A program made the position numbers and the translations under genes. The notes beneath the pieces are model-generated. The model searched no databases. It saw only the letters and a list, made by a program, of their open reading frames with translations, and was not told where the DNA came from. 64,000 nucleotides of DNA, from NCBI GenBank assembly GCA_016197285.1, contig JACPWD010000032.1:80389-144388 (forward strand), written 5' to 3'. Below are positions 11,923 through 24,819 of the stretch, in pieces. Numbering within the stretch: the first letter of the stretch is position 1; each line of letters starts with the position of its first letter. Source of the stretch: Deltaproteobacteria bacterium (GTDB lineage Bacteria > Desulfobacterota > Binatia > Bin18).

Positions 11923-14445
11923 ATGGAGTATTCACCGAACGGTCATCTCATCCCGGTCAATATCGAGCAAGAAATGCGGCAGTCCTACATGGACTACGCC
12001 ATGAGCGTCATCATTGGCAGAGCGCTGCCGGACGTTCGCGACGGTTTGAAACCCGTACATCGCCGCGTTCTCTATGCCATGTCGGAGTTGGGAAACGACT
12101 GGAACCGTAGCTATAAAAAATCGGCCCGCATTGTCGGCGATGTCATCGGCAAGTTCCACCCCCATGGCGACGCTGCCGTCTACGACACGATTGTGCGTAT
12201 GGCGCAGGATTTTTCTCTTCGCTACCCGCTCATCGACGGGCAGGGCAACTTCGGATCGATCGACGGCGACCCACCGGCGGCAATGCGTTACACGGAAATC
12301 CGCATGACGCGCATCGCCGGAGAACTCCTCGCCGACATCGACCGCGAAACTGTCGATTTCATTCCTAATTACGACGACACCAGCCAAGAACCGGTCGTCC
12401 TTCCCGCCAAGCTTCCTAATTTGCTGATCAATGGCTCGTCGGGAATCGCTGTGGGCATGTCCACCAACATTCCTCCGCACAATTTTGGGGAAGTGATCGA
12501 TGCCCTTTTGGCTTTGCTTGATAACCCGAGTCTGAGCGTGGCCGCGCTCATGCGCTACATTCCCGGTCCCGACTTTCCGACCGCAGCTTTCATTTACGGC
12601 ACGGCGGGGGTGCGTGAAGCCTACGAAACCGGAAAAGGCATCTTCCAGATGCGCGCCCGCACCGAAGTGGAGGTCGATAAACGAACCGGAAAGAACTGCA
12701 TTATCGCGAATGAAATTCCTTTCCAGGTCAATAAAGCGCGCCTCATCGAACGCATCGCCGAGCTGGTGAACGAGAAGAGGATCGACGGTATCTCCGATCT
12801 CAGGGACGAATCGGACAGGGACGGCATGCGAGTCGTCATCGAATTGAAAAGAGACGCGGTTCCTACCGTGGTGCTGAACCAACTATACAAGCTGACGCCG
12901 CTACAGGAATCCTTCGGAGTTATTTTTCTCGCCATCGTCGATGGTCGTCCACGCTTATTAACGCTGAAAGACGCCCTAGTCCTGTTTCTGGCCCATCGGC
13001 GAGAGGTCGTTCGCCGACGCATCGCTTTCGATCTTGGCAAAGCCAAAGAACGACTCCACCTCCTCGAAGGGTTGAAAATTGCGCTGGATAATCTTGACGC
13101 CGTTCTACAAGTGATCCGCCACGGGCAAAACCCTGCGCTCGTTCGTCAGACCCTGATAACGCAATTCTCCCTCAGCGAGGTACAAGCGCAAGCGATTCTC
13201 GACATGCGGCTGCAGCGCCTCACTCAGCTTGAGCAGGGAAAAATTCTGACCGACCACCACGAAACTCTGGCGCTGATCTCTCGCCTGCAGACCATTCTTT
13301 CTAGTCCACAGGAGATCGACCGCGTTATTAAAGAAGAACTCGCGGATTTACGCACTCGATTTGCCGACGAACGACGTACGCAGATTATTGCCGAAGCGAC
13401 CGACCTCTCTATCGAAGACCTCATCGCCGAAGAAGATATGGTCGTGACCATTTCTCACGAGGGGTATATCAAACGCAATCCGACGACCTTATATCGCTCG
13501 CAACGACGGGGAGGGAAAGGGGTTGTCGGAGCCACGACCCGAGAAGAAGACTTTGTCGAACACCTCTTTATCTCCTCCACCCACGCTTTTCTGCTGTTTT
13601 TTACCACCGCCGGGCGAGTGTATTGGGTGAAGGTCCACGAAATTCCTCAAGGAGGTCGGACGTCGAAGGGAAAAGCGATTATCAACCTCTTGCCCCTCAA
13701 AGAAGGGGAGAAAGTGTCCGCCTATCTTCCTGTCAAAGAATTTCAGGAAGGACAGTACATTGTGTTTGCCACCCGGACAGGGCTGGTCAAAAAGACGGAA
13801 CTCATGGCGTACTCGAACCCGCGCCGTGACGGGATTATCGCTCTGACTCTCGAAGATGACGATGAAGTCATTGGTGTGAAGCTGACGGATGGGCAGCAAG
13901 AAATCCTCCTGTCCACGAAGAAAGGGCAAGCCATCCGTTTCGCTGAAGAGGAAGTAAGATCCACCGGCCGAGGAACCTACGGAGTGAAAGGCATCGCCTT
14001 GGACGACGACGATGCCGTGGTCTCCCTAGAAATTCTCAACCGGGAGTCCACGCTTCTGACCGTTTCCTCTGGCGGATACGGCAAACGCAGTAGCAACGAC
14101 GAATATCGCGCTCAATCCCGTGGAGGAAAAGGTGTCATTACTATGCGCACGACCGACAAGACCGGCGAGGTTATCAGCGTGCGCCAAGTGACGGACGATG
14201 ATCACCTCATGCTGGTCACTGACGGGGGGAAAATCATTCGTTTACGGATGGCGGAATTGCGCGTCATTGGCAGAAACACCCAAGGCGTGCGCCTTTTCAA
14301 CGTCGGGTCTGACGAAAGAGTGGCGAGTCTTGCTCTTCTGGCGGAAAAAGAAGAGGACGTAGAAGTCGAAGGAATCTCAGGCGTACAGGAGGATTCCGTC
14401 TCTCCCGAGCCTGGAGAACAGTCCGACAACTCACAAGAGGCATGA
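11923..14445 (+). CDS. gyrA: DNA gyrase subunit A
   Basis: [28 protein letters not shown], GyrA-box QRRGGKG, acidic tail. Confidence 0.98.
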   Translation: MEYSPNGHLIPVNIEQEMRQSYMDYAMSVIIGRALPDVRDGLKPVHRRVLYAMSELGNDWNRSYKKSARIVGDVIGKFHPHGDAAVYDTIVRMAQDFSLRYPLIDGQGNFGSIDGDPPAAMRYTEIRMTRIAGELLADIDRETVDFIPNYDDTSQEPVVLPAKLPNLLINGSSGIAVGMSTNIPPHNFGEVIDALLALLDNPSLSVAALMRYIPGPDFPTAAFIYGTAGVREAYETGKGIFQMRARTEVEVDKRTGKNCIIANEIPFQVNKARLIERIAELVNEKRIDGISDLRDESDRDGMRVVIELKRDAVPTVVLNQLYKLTPLQESFGVIFLAIVDGRPRLLTLKDALVLFLAHRREVVRRRIAFDLGKAKERLHLLEGLKIALDNLDAVLQVIRHGQNPALVRQTLITQFSLSEVQAQAILDMRLQRLTQLEQGKILTDHHETLALISRLQTILSSPQEIDRVIKEELADLRTRFADERRTQIIAEATDLSIEDLIAEEDMVVTISHEGYIKRNPTTLYRSQRRGGKGVVGATTREEDFVEHLFISSTHAFLLFFTTAGRVYWVKVHEIPQGGRTSKGKAIINLLPLKEGEKVSAYLPVKEFQEGQYIVFATRTGLVKKTELMAYSNPRRDGIIALTLEDDDEVIGVKLTDGQQEILLSTKKGQAIRFAEEEVRSTGRGTYGVKGIALDDDDAVVSLEILNRESTLLTVSSGGYGKRSSNDEYRAQSRGGKGVITMRTTDKTGEVISVRQVTDDDHLMLVTDGGKIIRLRMAELRVIGRNTQGVRLFNVGSDERVASLALLAEKEEDVEVEGISGVQEDSVSPEPGEQSDNSQEA

Positions 14446-14508
14446 CTTCAAGCCGAGGAAGCATGGCAATTCATCGATGAACTCACGGGGCGAGACCGCA
14501 ACCCGTTT

Positions 14509-14745
14509 TCACTCTTCTTGTTTTTTAGGAAAGAGCAGAAGCGCCGCTACTGCCCAGATGCCAAAGCAGAAGCCGAGCACGGTCCACAAGTTTTCCCGAT
14601 AGCCGTTATTCCGCGCGAAGAAACGACAGACTATACTGTCCAGACAATGCGTCACGATCACAGTCACGAGAAGAGAGGGGAATGACAGAGCGCCGCCAAG
14701 CACCCGTAGGCCGGTAAAGTAACCGAGGAACGATTCGAAGTCCAT
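14509..14745 (-). CDS. Small hypothetical membrane protein
   Basis: 78-aa ORF with hydrophobic segments; AGGA SD upstream. Confidence 0.6.
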   Translation of the reverse strand: MDFESFLGYFTGLRVLGGALSFPSLLVTVIVTHCLDSIVCRFFARNNGYRENLWTVLGFCFGIWAVAALLLFPKKQEE

Positions 14746-14825
14746 GCTTGTTTCTATCCTCTCGTGAGGTCTTTGCTATATTCCGATTGGCCTTTTCGGT
14801 AAAGATTCCCCCACGCACACGAACT

Positions 14826-15197
14826 ATGAAAAAGGAAGAAAAGTCACTCTTCGAGATGCTCTACGAAGCTGGCGAAGAGCAAGTTTCCCGATTTGCAAAG
14901 GAGGCGGTTGCTCACCCCTCCTTTGCCTCAGTGATGGAAAAGACCTTGCGCGGCGCTCTGGAAACCAAGGGGAAGGTCGATCAGAATATCAACCATATCC
15001 TTGGACTCCTCAATATTCCATCGAAGGCCGACTATACTAAGCTCCTCGCCAAGATCGAAACCCTTCAAGGCGGCATGGTCAACCTGAATATCAAGTTTGA
15101 CCGATTGCTCGCTACCACCGAAAAACCGAAAAGGTCTGCCCGTCCCAAAAGAAAATCTTCCCCCGTCTCCTCAGACCAGGATTCCACGACTAGGTAA
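14826..15197 (+). CDS. Hypothetical coiled-coil protein, phasin/PHA-granule-protein-like
   Basis: Amphipathic helices, LNIPSKAD motif, basic K/R/P tail. Confidence 0.55.
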   Translation: MKKEEKSLFEMLYEAGEEQVSRFAKEAVAHPSFASVMEKTLRGALETKGKVDQNINHILGLLNIPSKADYTKLLAKIETLQGGMVNLNIKFDRLLATTEKPKRSARPKRKSSPVSSDQDSTTR

Positions 15198-15212
15198 GGA
15201 GAAGAAAGGTTA

Positions 15213-16298
15213 ATGAACTTCCCCATGAAAACGCACCGAACAAACAGACTCGCAATCTTTTTGCTGGGACTGTTTCTGGTACTGCCATCTCGATCCTTCG
15301 CATGGACCGAGGAGGAGTTCTTCGCGTTAGATAAGATCGTCGCCCGCTTTTTCGTCTTGCCCAAAGGCGCGTACGATCTCGATGCCCGGACGGTCATCGG
15401 CACTCCCAACGCTTACACCATGAAGAGGAAAGATACCTTGCTCGATGTCGCGCGCTACTTCGATCTCGGCTTTAACGAGATTGCCGGAGCCCATCCGGAT
15501 ATCGACCCCTGGCTTCCTATTTCAAACGATGAGATTTCCACGGAAATTTCCCTACCGACCTGGTGGGTGCTTCCCAAGAGTGCGAACGAAGGCGTGGTGG
15601 TCAACATTCCTGAGATGAGGTTGTATTACTTTCCTCCTCTGGAAAGACAGTTGACCAATCGTTCGGTGATCACCTTGCCCGTCGGGTTAGGCCGGGAAGA
15701 CTGGCCCACGCCAACCGCGAAGTTCAAAGTGATGGGCAAAACCGTGAACCCGACCTGGGTGATTCCCGAATCCATTAAGCAAGAACGCATAAAGGAAAAG
15801 GGTTGGAGCGAGGATTTTATCGCTGGCGGTTCTCCGGACAACCCGATGGGGAAATACCGCATTGAGCTGACGCTCCCCATGTATCGGATTCACGACACCA
15901 ACAATCCCTGGGCCGTGGGTCGGCTGGTGACGCACGGCTGCATCCGCATGTATCCGGAGGATATCGCTCGGTTTTTCGACATCGTTCGCGTTGGTAGCCC
16001 CGGGGAGTTTGTCTATCAGCCGATAAAAATCGGCGTCCTCTACGGGAAGGTGTATGCCGAGGTGCACGACGACATCTACAAGCTCATTCCAGACCTGTGG
16101 GAAGAAGCGTTGCGGGTCGTGCGGGAGAGCGGGTACGAGGACATGGTGGACCAGACACTGCTGATCAAAGCGTTGATGCAAAAGACTGGGGTACCGGTGG
16201 ACGTGACCAAAGAAGAGCACTCTCGGCTTGGCGGGGAAATCGCCTCCGCCGACGACACGGAAGAAGCCAGCAATGGAACTGAAAGTTCATACCAGTAA
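15213..16298 (+). CDS. L,D-transpeptidase (ErfK/YkuD family, LysM-like N-terminus)
   Basis: Signal peptide, DTLLDVARYFDLG, VVVNIPEMRLYYF, PDNPMG, THGCIRMY catalytic motif. Confidence 0.92.
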   Translation: MNFPMKTHRTNRLAIFLLGLFLVLPSRSFAWTEEEFFALDKIVARFFVLPKGAYDLDARTVIGTPNAYTMKRKDTLLDVARYFDLGFNEIAGAHPDIDPWLPISNDEISTEISLPTWWVLPKSANEGVVVNIPEMRLYYFPPLERQLTNRSVITLPVGLGREDWPTPTAKFKVMGKTVNPTWVIPESIKQERIKEKGWSEDFIAGGSPDNPMGKYRIELTLPMYRIHDTNNPWAVGRLVTHGCIRMYPEDIARFFDIVRVGSPGEFVYQPIKIGVLYGKVYAEVHDDIYKLIPDLWEEALRVVRESGYEDMVDQTLLIKALMQKTGVPVDVTKEEHSRLGGEIASADDTEEASNGTESSYQ

Positions 16299-16662
16299 GA
16301 GATGCGAAGTCGTTGACATTACGGCTCAGGTGTCGGAGGCGGTTCGGTCTGCCAATATCGACGAGGGCCTGTGCTGCATCTTCGTGCCGCACGCCACGGC
16401 GGCAGTGGTCATTAACGAAAACGACGACATGCAAATTGGCCAGGACTTGCTTGATGCGCTGGAGCGGATGGTGCCCGAAGGCGTGTGGCGGCACGATAAG
16501 GTGGACAGCAACGGTGCCGCCCATCTGAAGTCGGCAATTCTTGGGCCGAGCGAAACTATCCCCGTTCTCAGCGGGAGGTTAGCTCTTGGCACGTGGCAGT
16601 CAGTGATGTTCGTTGAACTTGACGGTCCACGCGATCGCAAGGTTATCGTGACGGTGAAGTAA
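16273..16662 (+). CDS. yjbQ: YjbQ/UPF0047 family protein
   Basis: FVPHATAAVVINEN, NGAAHLKS, LGTWQ..ELDGPR. Confidence 0.9.
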   Translation: MELKVHTSKRCEVVDITAQVSEAVRSANIDEGLCCIFVPHATAAVVINENDDMQIGQDLLDALERMVPEGVWRHDKVDSNGAAHLKSAILGPSETIPVLSGRLALGTWQSVMFVELDGPRDRKVIVTVK

Positions 16663-17403
16663 GCAAATTCCCCCCTCCTTACGACAATGGTCCCGAACCC
16701 AGGAAACCTGAATGGTAACGACAAATCCCTCGAATCCTGGATCTGGGACGCTGCCTGTTCCATTCGCGGCGCCAAGGATGCGCCGAAGTTCAAGGACTAC
16801 ATCCTCCCGCTCATCTTCACCAAGCGCCTGCGCGATGTCTTCGATGATGAACTGAACCGCATCGCCAAAGAGGTCGGCTCGCGGGCCAAGGCGTTCAAGC
16901 TGGTGCAGCACGACAAGAAACTCGTCCGCTTCTATCTGCCGTTGCAACCAGCCAGCCCCAATGATGTTGTCTGGTCCGTCATCCGTACGCTCGCGGACAA
17001 GATCGGCGGGCGACTCACCACGCATCTTCGCGCCATCGCGGACGAAAACGCGCTGCTCAAAGGCATCATTGATCGCGTGGACTTCAACGCCACTACCCAC
17101 GGCGTGCGCGACATTGACGACAACCGTCTCTCCAACCTCATCGAGCGTATCAGTGCAAAGCGTCTCGGCCTCGGCGATGTGGAGGCGGACATTATCGGGC
17201 GCAGCTACGAATATCTCATCCGCAAATTCGCCGAAGGCGGCGGGCAAAGCGCGGGCGAGTTCTACACCCCCGGCGAGGTGGGCGAGATCATGGCGCTCAT
17301 CATGGACCCCGAGCCGGGCATGACCTGCTACGACCCCACCTGCGGCTCCGCCGGCCTGCTCATCAAGTGCGAACTGGCGCTGGAGGAAAAGATGCGCGCC
17401 AAG

Positions 17404-17476
17404 CTCCCCTCGCCCTCTGGGAGAAGGGCCTCTCTTTCTCCCTCTCCCTTGATGGGAGATAGCTGGGGTGAGGGTG
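17404..17476. repeat. CCCTC(T/G)CCC...GGGAGA palindromic repeat(s) inserted in frame in hsdM
   Basis: CTCCCCTCGCCCTCTGGGAGAAGGG...CCCTCTCCCTTGATGGGAGATAGCTGGGGTGAGGG encodes LPSPSGRRASLSPSPLMGDSWGEG; same family reversed at 20364. Confidence 0.75.
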
Positions 17477-17793
17477 TGAAATATGCCCCGCTCAAACTCT
17501 ACGGCCAGGAATCCACGCCCACCACCTGGGCCATGGCCAACATGAACATGATTATTCATGACATGGAGGGCCAGATCGAGATCGGCGACACCTTCCGCCA
17601 TCCGAAATTCCGCAAAGGCAACCGCCTCCAGACCTTCGACCGCGCGGTGGCCAATCCCATGTGGAACCAGAGCGAGTTCATTGAGAAGGACTACGACGCC
17701 GACGAACTCGACCGCTTCCCCAAGGGCGCGGGCTTCCCCGGCAACAAGGCCGACTGGGGCTGGGTGCAGCACATCCTCGCCAGCCTCGGTGAT

Positions 17794-17816
17794 CCTTCGG
17801 CAGGCTCAGGACAGGC
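17794..17816. repeat. CCTTCG.CA.GCTCAGGA repeat inserted in frame in hsdM
   Basis: CCTTCGGCAGGCTCAGGACAGGC matches intergenic CCCTTCGACTACGCTCAGGATAAAC at 23744. Confidence 0.7.
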
Positions 17817-18346
17817 TGGTCGCGCCGCCATCGTGCTCGACACCGGCGCCGCCTCGCGCGGCTCCGGCAATGCCAACACCAACAAGGAAAAGGACGTACG
17901 CCGCTGGTTCGTGGAGCAGGACTTCATCGAGGGCGTCATCTACCTGCCGGAAAATCTTTTCTACAACACCACCGCGCCCGGCATCATCCTCTTCTTGAAT
18001 AAGGCGAAGGCCAAGGAGCGCAAAAGAAACTCTTCTTGCTCAACGCCGCCACCGAGTTCGCCAAGGGCGACCCGAAGAACTACATCCCCGAGGACGCCAT
18101 CACCCGCATCGCCGACACCTTCAAGGCGTGGCGCGAGGTAGAGAAATACAGCCGCATCGTCACGCGCGAGGAGATTGCGAAGAACGATTTCAACATCTCC
18201 CCTAGCCGCTACATCCATACCGGCGAAGCTGACGAATACCGACCGATTGCGGAGATTGCGGAGGAGTTGGAAGGACTGCAATCGGAGACCACCGTGACGG
18301 ACATGAAGCTCAGGGCAATCCTCGTAAAACTCGGGGCATAGTTCGC

Positions 18347-19637
18347 ATGGACTCTCGACCCAGATTTTTCTGAGCTACCCGATGATTGGATCGTTCGTCC
18401 GCTCCAGGATGTCGCAGAGATCCACAACACACGACGCGCTCCCCTCAACGCGCACGAACGGGAGACGAAGAAGGGCATCTACCCTTACTGTGGCGCAAAC
18501 GGAGTCGTGGACTCTATTGATGAATACCGCTTTGATGGCGAGTTCGTTCTCATTGCCGAAGACGGCGGGTATTGGGGGAAACATGAACCATCCTCCTACA
18601 TCATGCGAGGCAAGTTCTGGGTTAATAATCACGCGCACGTCATCCGTGAAAGAGACGGGGTATCCAACAATCTATTCTTGTCGTGTCAGTTGAACTTCAT
18701 GGACATCTCCCCCCTCATTGGTGGCGACGCCCGGGGAAAGCTAACGAAGTCTATTCTTGAACGGCTGCCGTTGGTGATTCCGCCCCTAGCCGAGCAGCAG
18801 AAGATTGCCGAGGTGTTAGGGCTGGTGCAGCGGGCGCTGGAGCAGCAGGCGCGGCTGATCGCGCTGACCACGGAACTGAAAAAGGCGCTCCTGCACCAAC
18901 TCTTCACCCAAGGCCTCCGCGGCGAACCCCAAAAGCAAACCGACATCGGCCCCGTGCCGGAGAGTTGGGAGCTTCGAGCCTGTGACGAGCTTTGCGAGAT
19001 GATTACCGTCGGAGTGGTGGTGAAGCCAGCGAGTCACTATGTCAAAAGTGGAGTGCCAGCATTTCGTTCGATGAATGTCCGCGAGGATCGTCTCGAAGTG
19101 ACCGAGCTTGTTTATTTCTCACAAGAGACCAACGATACCATTTTGGCTAAGTCGAAGCTTCAAACTGGCGATGTCCTGATCGTTCGTACTGGCTATCCCG
19201 GAACATCCTGCGTTGTGCCGGAGGAATATCATGGCGCGAATTGCATCGATTTGGTCATCGCCCGCCCCCAGCTCAAAGTAATCCAGTCAGGCTTCCTCAG
19301 CCGGTTCTTCAATTCCGATGCGGGCAAACGACAAGCCTTGTCGGCCAAGCACGGCCTCGCCCAACAACATCTGAACGTCGGTGCTGTGAAGCGAACGCTG
19401 ATCCCTGTTCCGCAGCTAGGCGAGCAGCGAGAGATTGACGCTGCACTCGCAATTGTTGAGCGGAAACTCGCGCTTCATATGAGCAAACACGCCGCGCTTA
19501 CCGCCCTGTTCCGCACGCTGCTGCACCAGCTCATGACGGCGGAGGTGAGGGTGCACGATGTTGATCTGTCGGACTTGGGAGTGGACTGCGAGACAGGGGA
19601 CAAGCCGGAAGCTTGTCAGCCATTAGCCGGTGGTTGA
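18347..19637 (+). pseudogene. hsdS: Type I R-M specificity subunit HsdS; start codon out of frame (extra nt near 18350)
   Basis: Open frame from 18342 reads ..LDPDFSELPDDW...YPYCGANG...AEDGG...WVNNHAHV...PPLAEQQKIA...VPESW (two TRDs); ATG 18347 is one base out of register. Confidence 0.8.
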
Positions 19638-20199
19638 GCCCGGCGATACCACCGGATCGGATTAGGGTTTTCAGGGACAATACATGTCATCCACGTATCT
19701 CAGCCTCCATTACCATCTCGTGTTCAGCACCAAAGCCCGTGTGCCTGTCATCGCTCCGCCATGGCGCTTGCGCCTTCACGATTACATCGGCGGTGCCATC
19801 CGCGGCCTCGGAGGATTTCCCGAGGAGGTCGGCGGGGTGGCGGACCATGTGCATCTGCTTATGGGGCTGAAGGCGACCCATTGTCTGGCTGATGTGATGC
19901 GTGAGCTCAAGAAAGCTTCCTCGATCTGGGTGCATAAGGAAATCGGTAGTCAGATGTTCGCGTGGCAAGAAGGTTACGCAGCGTTTACGGTGAGCACGAC
20001 AGCGAGGGCCGCAGTGCGCAAGTATATTGCCGGGCAAGAGGAACATCATCGGACCAGATCGTTTCGTGAAGAGTTGATTGAGACATTGGGAAGGGCCGGA
20101 ATCGAATATGATCCGAAATACCTGGATTGAATGGTTCCTTGTTTCCGGTGGTGTCGCTACGCTTAACCACCGGCTAATGGCTGGAAACTCTCCGGGTTT
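19602..20199. mobile_element. IS200-like/RAYT-like element: TnpA flanked by inverted hairpin repeats
   Basis: Left CAGCCATTAGCCGGTGGTTGAGCCCGGCGATACCACCGGA (19617-19656) is near-identical to the reverse complement of the right repeat (20144-20183); each holds a CCGGTGGT...ACCACCGG hairpin. Confidence 0.85.
19684..20130 (+). CDS. tnpA: IS200/IS605-family HUH tyrosine (Y1) transposase TnpA
   Basis: HYHLVFSTK, DHVHLL (HUH), WQEGY, YIAGQEEHH. Confidence 0.93.
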   Translation: MSSTYLSLHYHLVFSTKARVPVIAPPWRLRLHDYIGGAIRGLGGFPEEVGGVADHVHLLMGLKATHCLADVMRELKKASSIWVHKEIGSQMFAWQEGYAAFTVSTTARAAVRKYIAGQEEHHRTRSFREELIETLGRAGIEYDPKYLD

Positions 20200-20251
20200 C
20201 ATCATGCTTGAGGCTTTGCGACATATGACCAAAGCCGCACAGTGCTGAATT

Positions 20252-23223
<2,972 letters not shown>

Positions 23224-23227
<4 letters not shown>

Positions 23228-23568
23228 ATAGCTGGCGCGACAAGGAAGAATTCAAAGCGCGCGTGGTGGAATGGGCCGCGAAGTTTGAGGTGAAGGTCCA
23301 GGGGTTGTATGTCCGCCCGATGCGCAACAAGTGGGCCTCTTGCTCCACCGCTGGAACCCTGAGTTTCAACGACGAACTGCTGGGGATGGAGCGCGACTTA
23401 GGAGACTACGTGATCGTCCACGAACTCCTGCACTTTTCTGTGCCCAACCACGGCAAGCTGTGGAAAAGTCTGATGCGGGTACACCTTGGAGCATACGAGC
23501 CTATCGAGGCACGGATGAAGCAAGCAGCGCCGAATCGGGTAGCCAGTAGTCTGTCAGTTCGAATTTGA
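23224..23568 (+). CDS. Short YgjP/DUF45-like metalloprotein (HExxH)
   Basis: MRNKWASCS, DYVIVHELLH, NHGKLW; ATGA overlap with hsdR stop. Confidence 0.85.
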
Positions 23569-23696
23569 GGGGTTGTCATTCCGAACCAGAACGCAGTGAA
23601 GGTGAGGAATCTCCTGTTGGCCCTACCCTCTTGAGATTCCTCGTCGCTCCGCTTCTCGGAATGACATCCAGCAAAATTACCTGGACGAAGTCCTAG
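23543..23696. mobile_element. 154-bp MITE-like element, copy 1 (internal TGTCA...TGACA hairpin 23574-23666)
   Basis: Same length, ends and core as 40152-40305; ends CCAG/CTAG. Confidence 0.65.
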
Positions 23697-23732
23697 GGAG
23701 GTTGCCCCCACCACAGAGCATAAGGTCAAGGC

Positions 23733-23832
23733 GTCATTGCGAGCCCTTCGACTACGCTCAGGATAAACTCCGCGAAGCAATCTTTGCCCGAACACAGAGA
23801 TTGTTTCGTCGCTTCCCGCCCCTCGCAATGAC
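23733..23832. repeat. GTCATTGCGAG...CTCGCAATGAC palindromic element with nested repeat
   Basis: 11-bp perfect terminal inverted repeat, internal GAAGCAATCT/AGATTGTTTC arms, nested CCCTTCGACTACGCTCAGG. Confidence 0.8.
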
Positions 23833-23842
23833 AGTCTCGTTC

Positions 23843-24652
23843 CTACTGCTCCTCATACCACTGAATCGCGCCGCGCAGGCCCCGTTCCTTTTGGATTTTT
23901 CGTATCTCTTCATTGCCCGGACCAAAATGGAAAATGGCGTCGTACTCTGCTCCAGAGAGCACAGCCACGCGGAAGCCGCGCAGGTCCATGGCACGGTTGA
24001 TCCCCATCTTTTCGAGCTGAAGCTTTTGTGCTGGGACCTTGGCAACGCGCCGGGCATAGCTGTAGGTTTCTTCTTCAAGCTTTTCCGCTGGGAATGCTCT
24101 TGTCGCAAATCCCATTGCCTCTGCTTCTTTGCCGGTGATCTGACTGCCGGGAAGAAATGCCAAGTATTTGGTCCGGTGCGGACCAACCATCCAATTCCAA
24201 AAAGCGCTGACGTAGCCAGCTCCGGCTGGAATCGAAGGAAAGCCGATCCGCGCATTTTCGGCAACGAAGATCATGTCCGTGCAGATGCACAGTTGGGTCG
24301 CTCCGGCCAGACAATACCCGTGCACCATGGCGATCACTGGTTTGGGAAGATCGCGCAAGCGTAGCCAGTTCTCGATGTACCATTGCAAGATTCTGCGATC
24401 ATCGTCGATGGTGAACGGTTTACCGCTCTTGTCTCCCCAGCCTCCGCCACCAAGATCATAACCAGTAGAAAAGGCGCGTCCCGCGCCACGGACGACGACG
24501 ACTTTGATGTCAGAGTCTTTCTCGATTTGGTCGAGTGCTTCGACAAACTCAGTCATAAGGGTTGGGCTTATGGCATTGAGTTTTTCTGGGCGATTCAGTG
24601 TGAGGGTGCCGATACGATCCTGTTTTTCCAGAGTGATGGCAGTGAATGACAT
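23843..24652 (-). CDS. Enoyl-CoA hydratase/isomerase (crotonase) family protein
   Basis: LTLNRPEKLNA, GRAFSTGYDL, PKPVIAMVHGYCLAG. Confidence 0.9.
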   Translation of the reverse strand: MSFTAITLEKQDRIGTLTLNRPEKLNAISPTLMTEFVEALDQIEKDSDIKVVVVRGAGRAFSTGYDLGGGGWGDKSGKPFTIDDDRRILQWYIENWLRLRDLPKPVIAMVHGYCLAGATQLCICTDMIFVAENARIGFPSIPAGAGYVSAFWNWMVGPHRTKYLAFLPGSQITGKEAEAMGFATRAFPAEKLEEETYSYARRVAKVPAQKLQLEKMGINRAMDLRGFRVAVLSGAEYDAIFHFGPGNEEIRKIQKERGLRGAIQWYEEQ

Positions 24653-24819
24653 GATGTCTCCTTTTTGGTGTTGGCCAACTCTAGAAAAAATACCCGTTCT
24701 TCTCCGTCCTGTCGAAGGGTGGCGCGCGTGTGACGGCTGGCGTCCAACACGCGATCAGCGTAAGCTATCCGGCGGCGCGTTTCCCGCCGATTTTTTCACT
24801 TCGAGAAGAGGAGCATCGC

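Larger units (their letters stand above)
16687..18341 (+). pseudogene. hsdM: Type I R-M methyltransferase HsdM, frameshifted (1 nt missing near 18022-18029)
   Basis: LESWIWDAACSIRG, GEFYTP, YDPTCGSAG, ANPMWN, LPENLFYNT; C-terminal part (KLFLLNAATEF...NDFNISPSRYI) continues in another frame. Confidence 0.85.

Noticed and set aside
18018..18032. Programmed ribosomal frameshift in hsdM
   Set aside because: CAAAAGAAAC is not a canonical X XXY YYZ slippery site or a long homopolymer
18036..19637. HsdM-HsdS fusion by read-through of the TAG at 18339
   Set aside because: The frames are continuous, but a one-base indel after ATG 18347 is simpler and no recoding signal is evident
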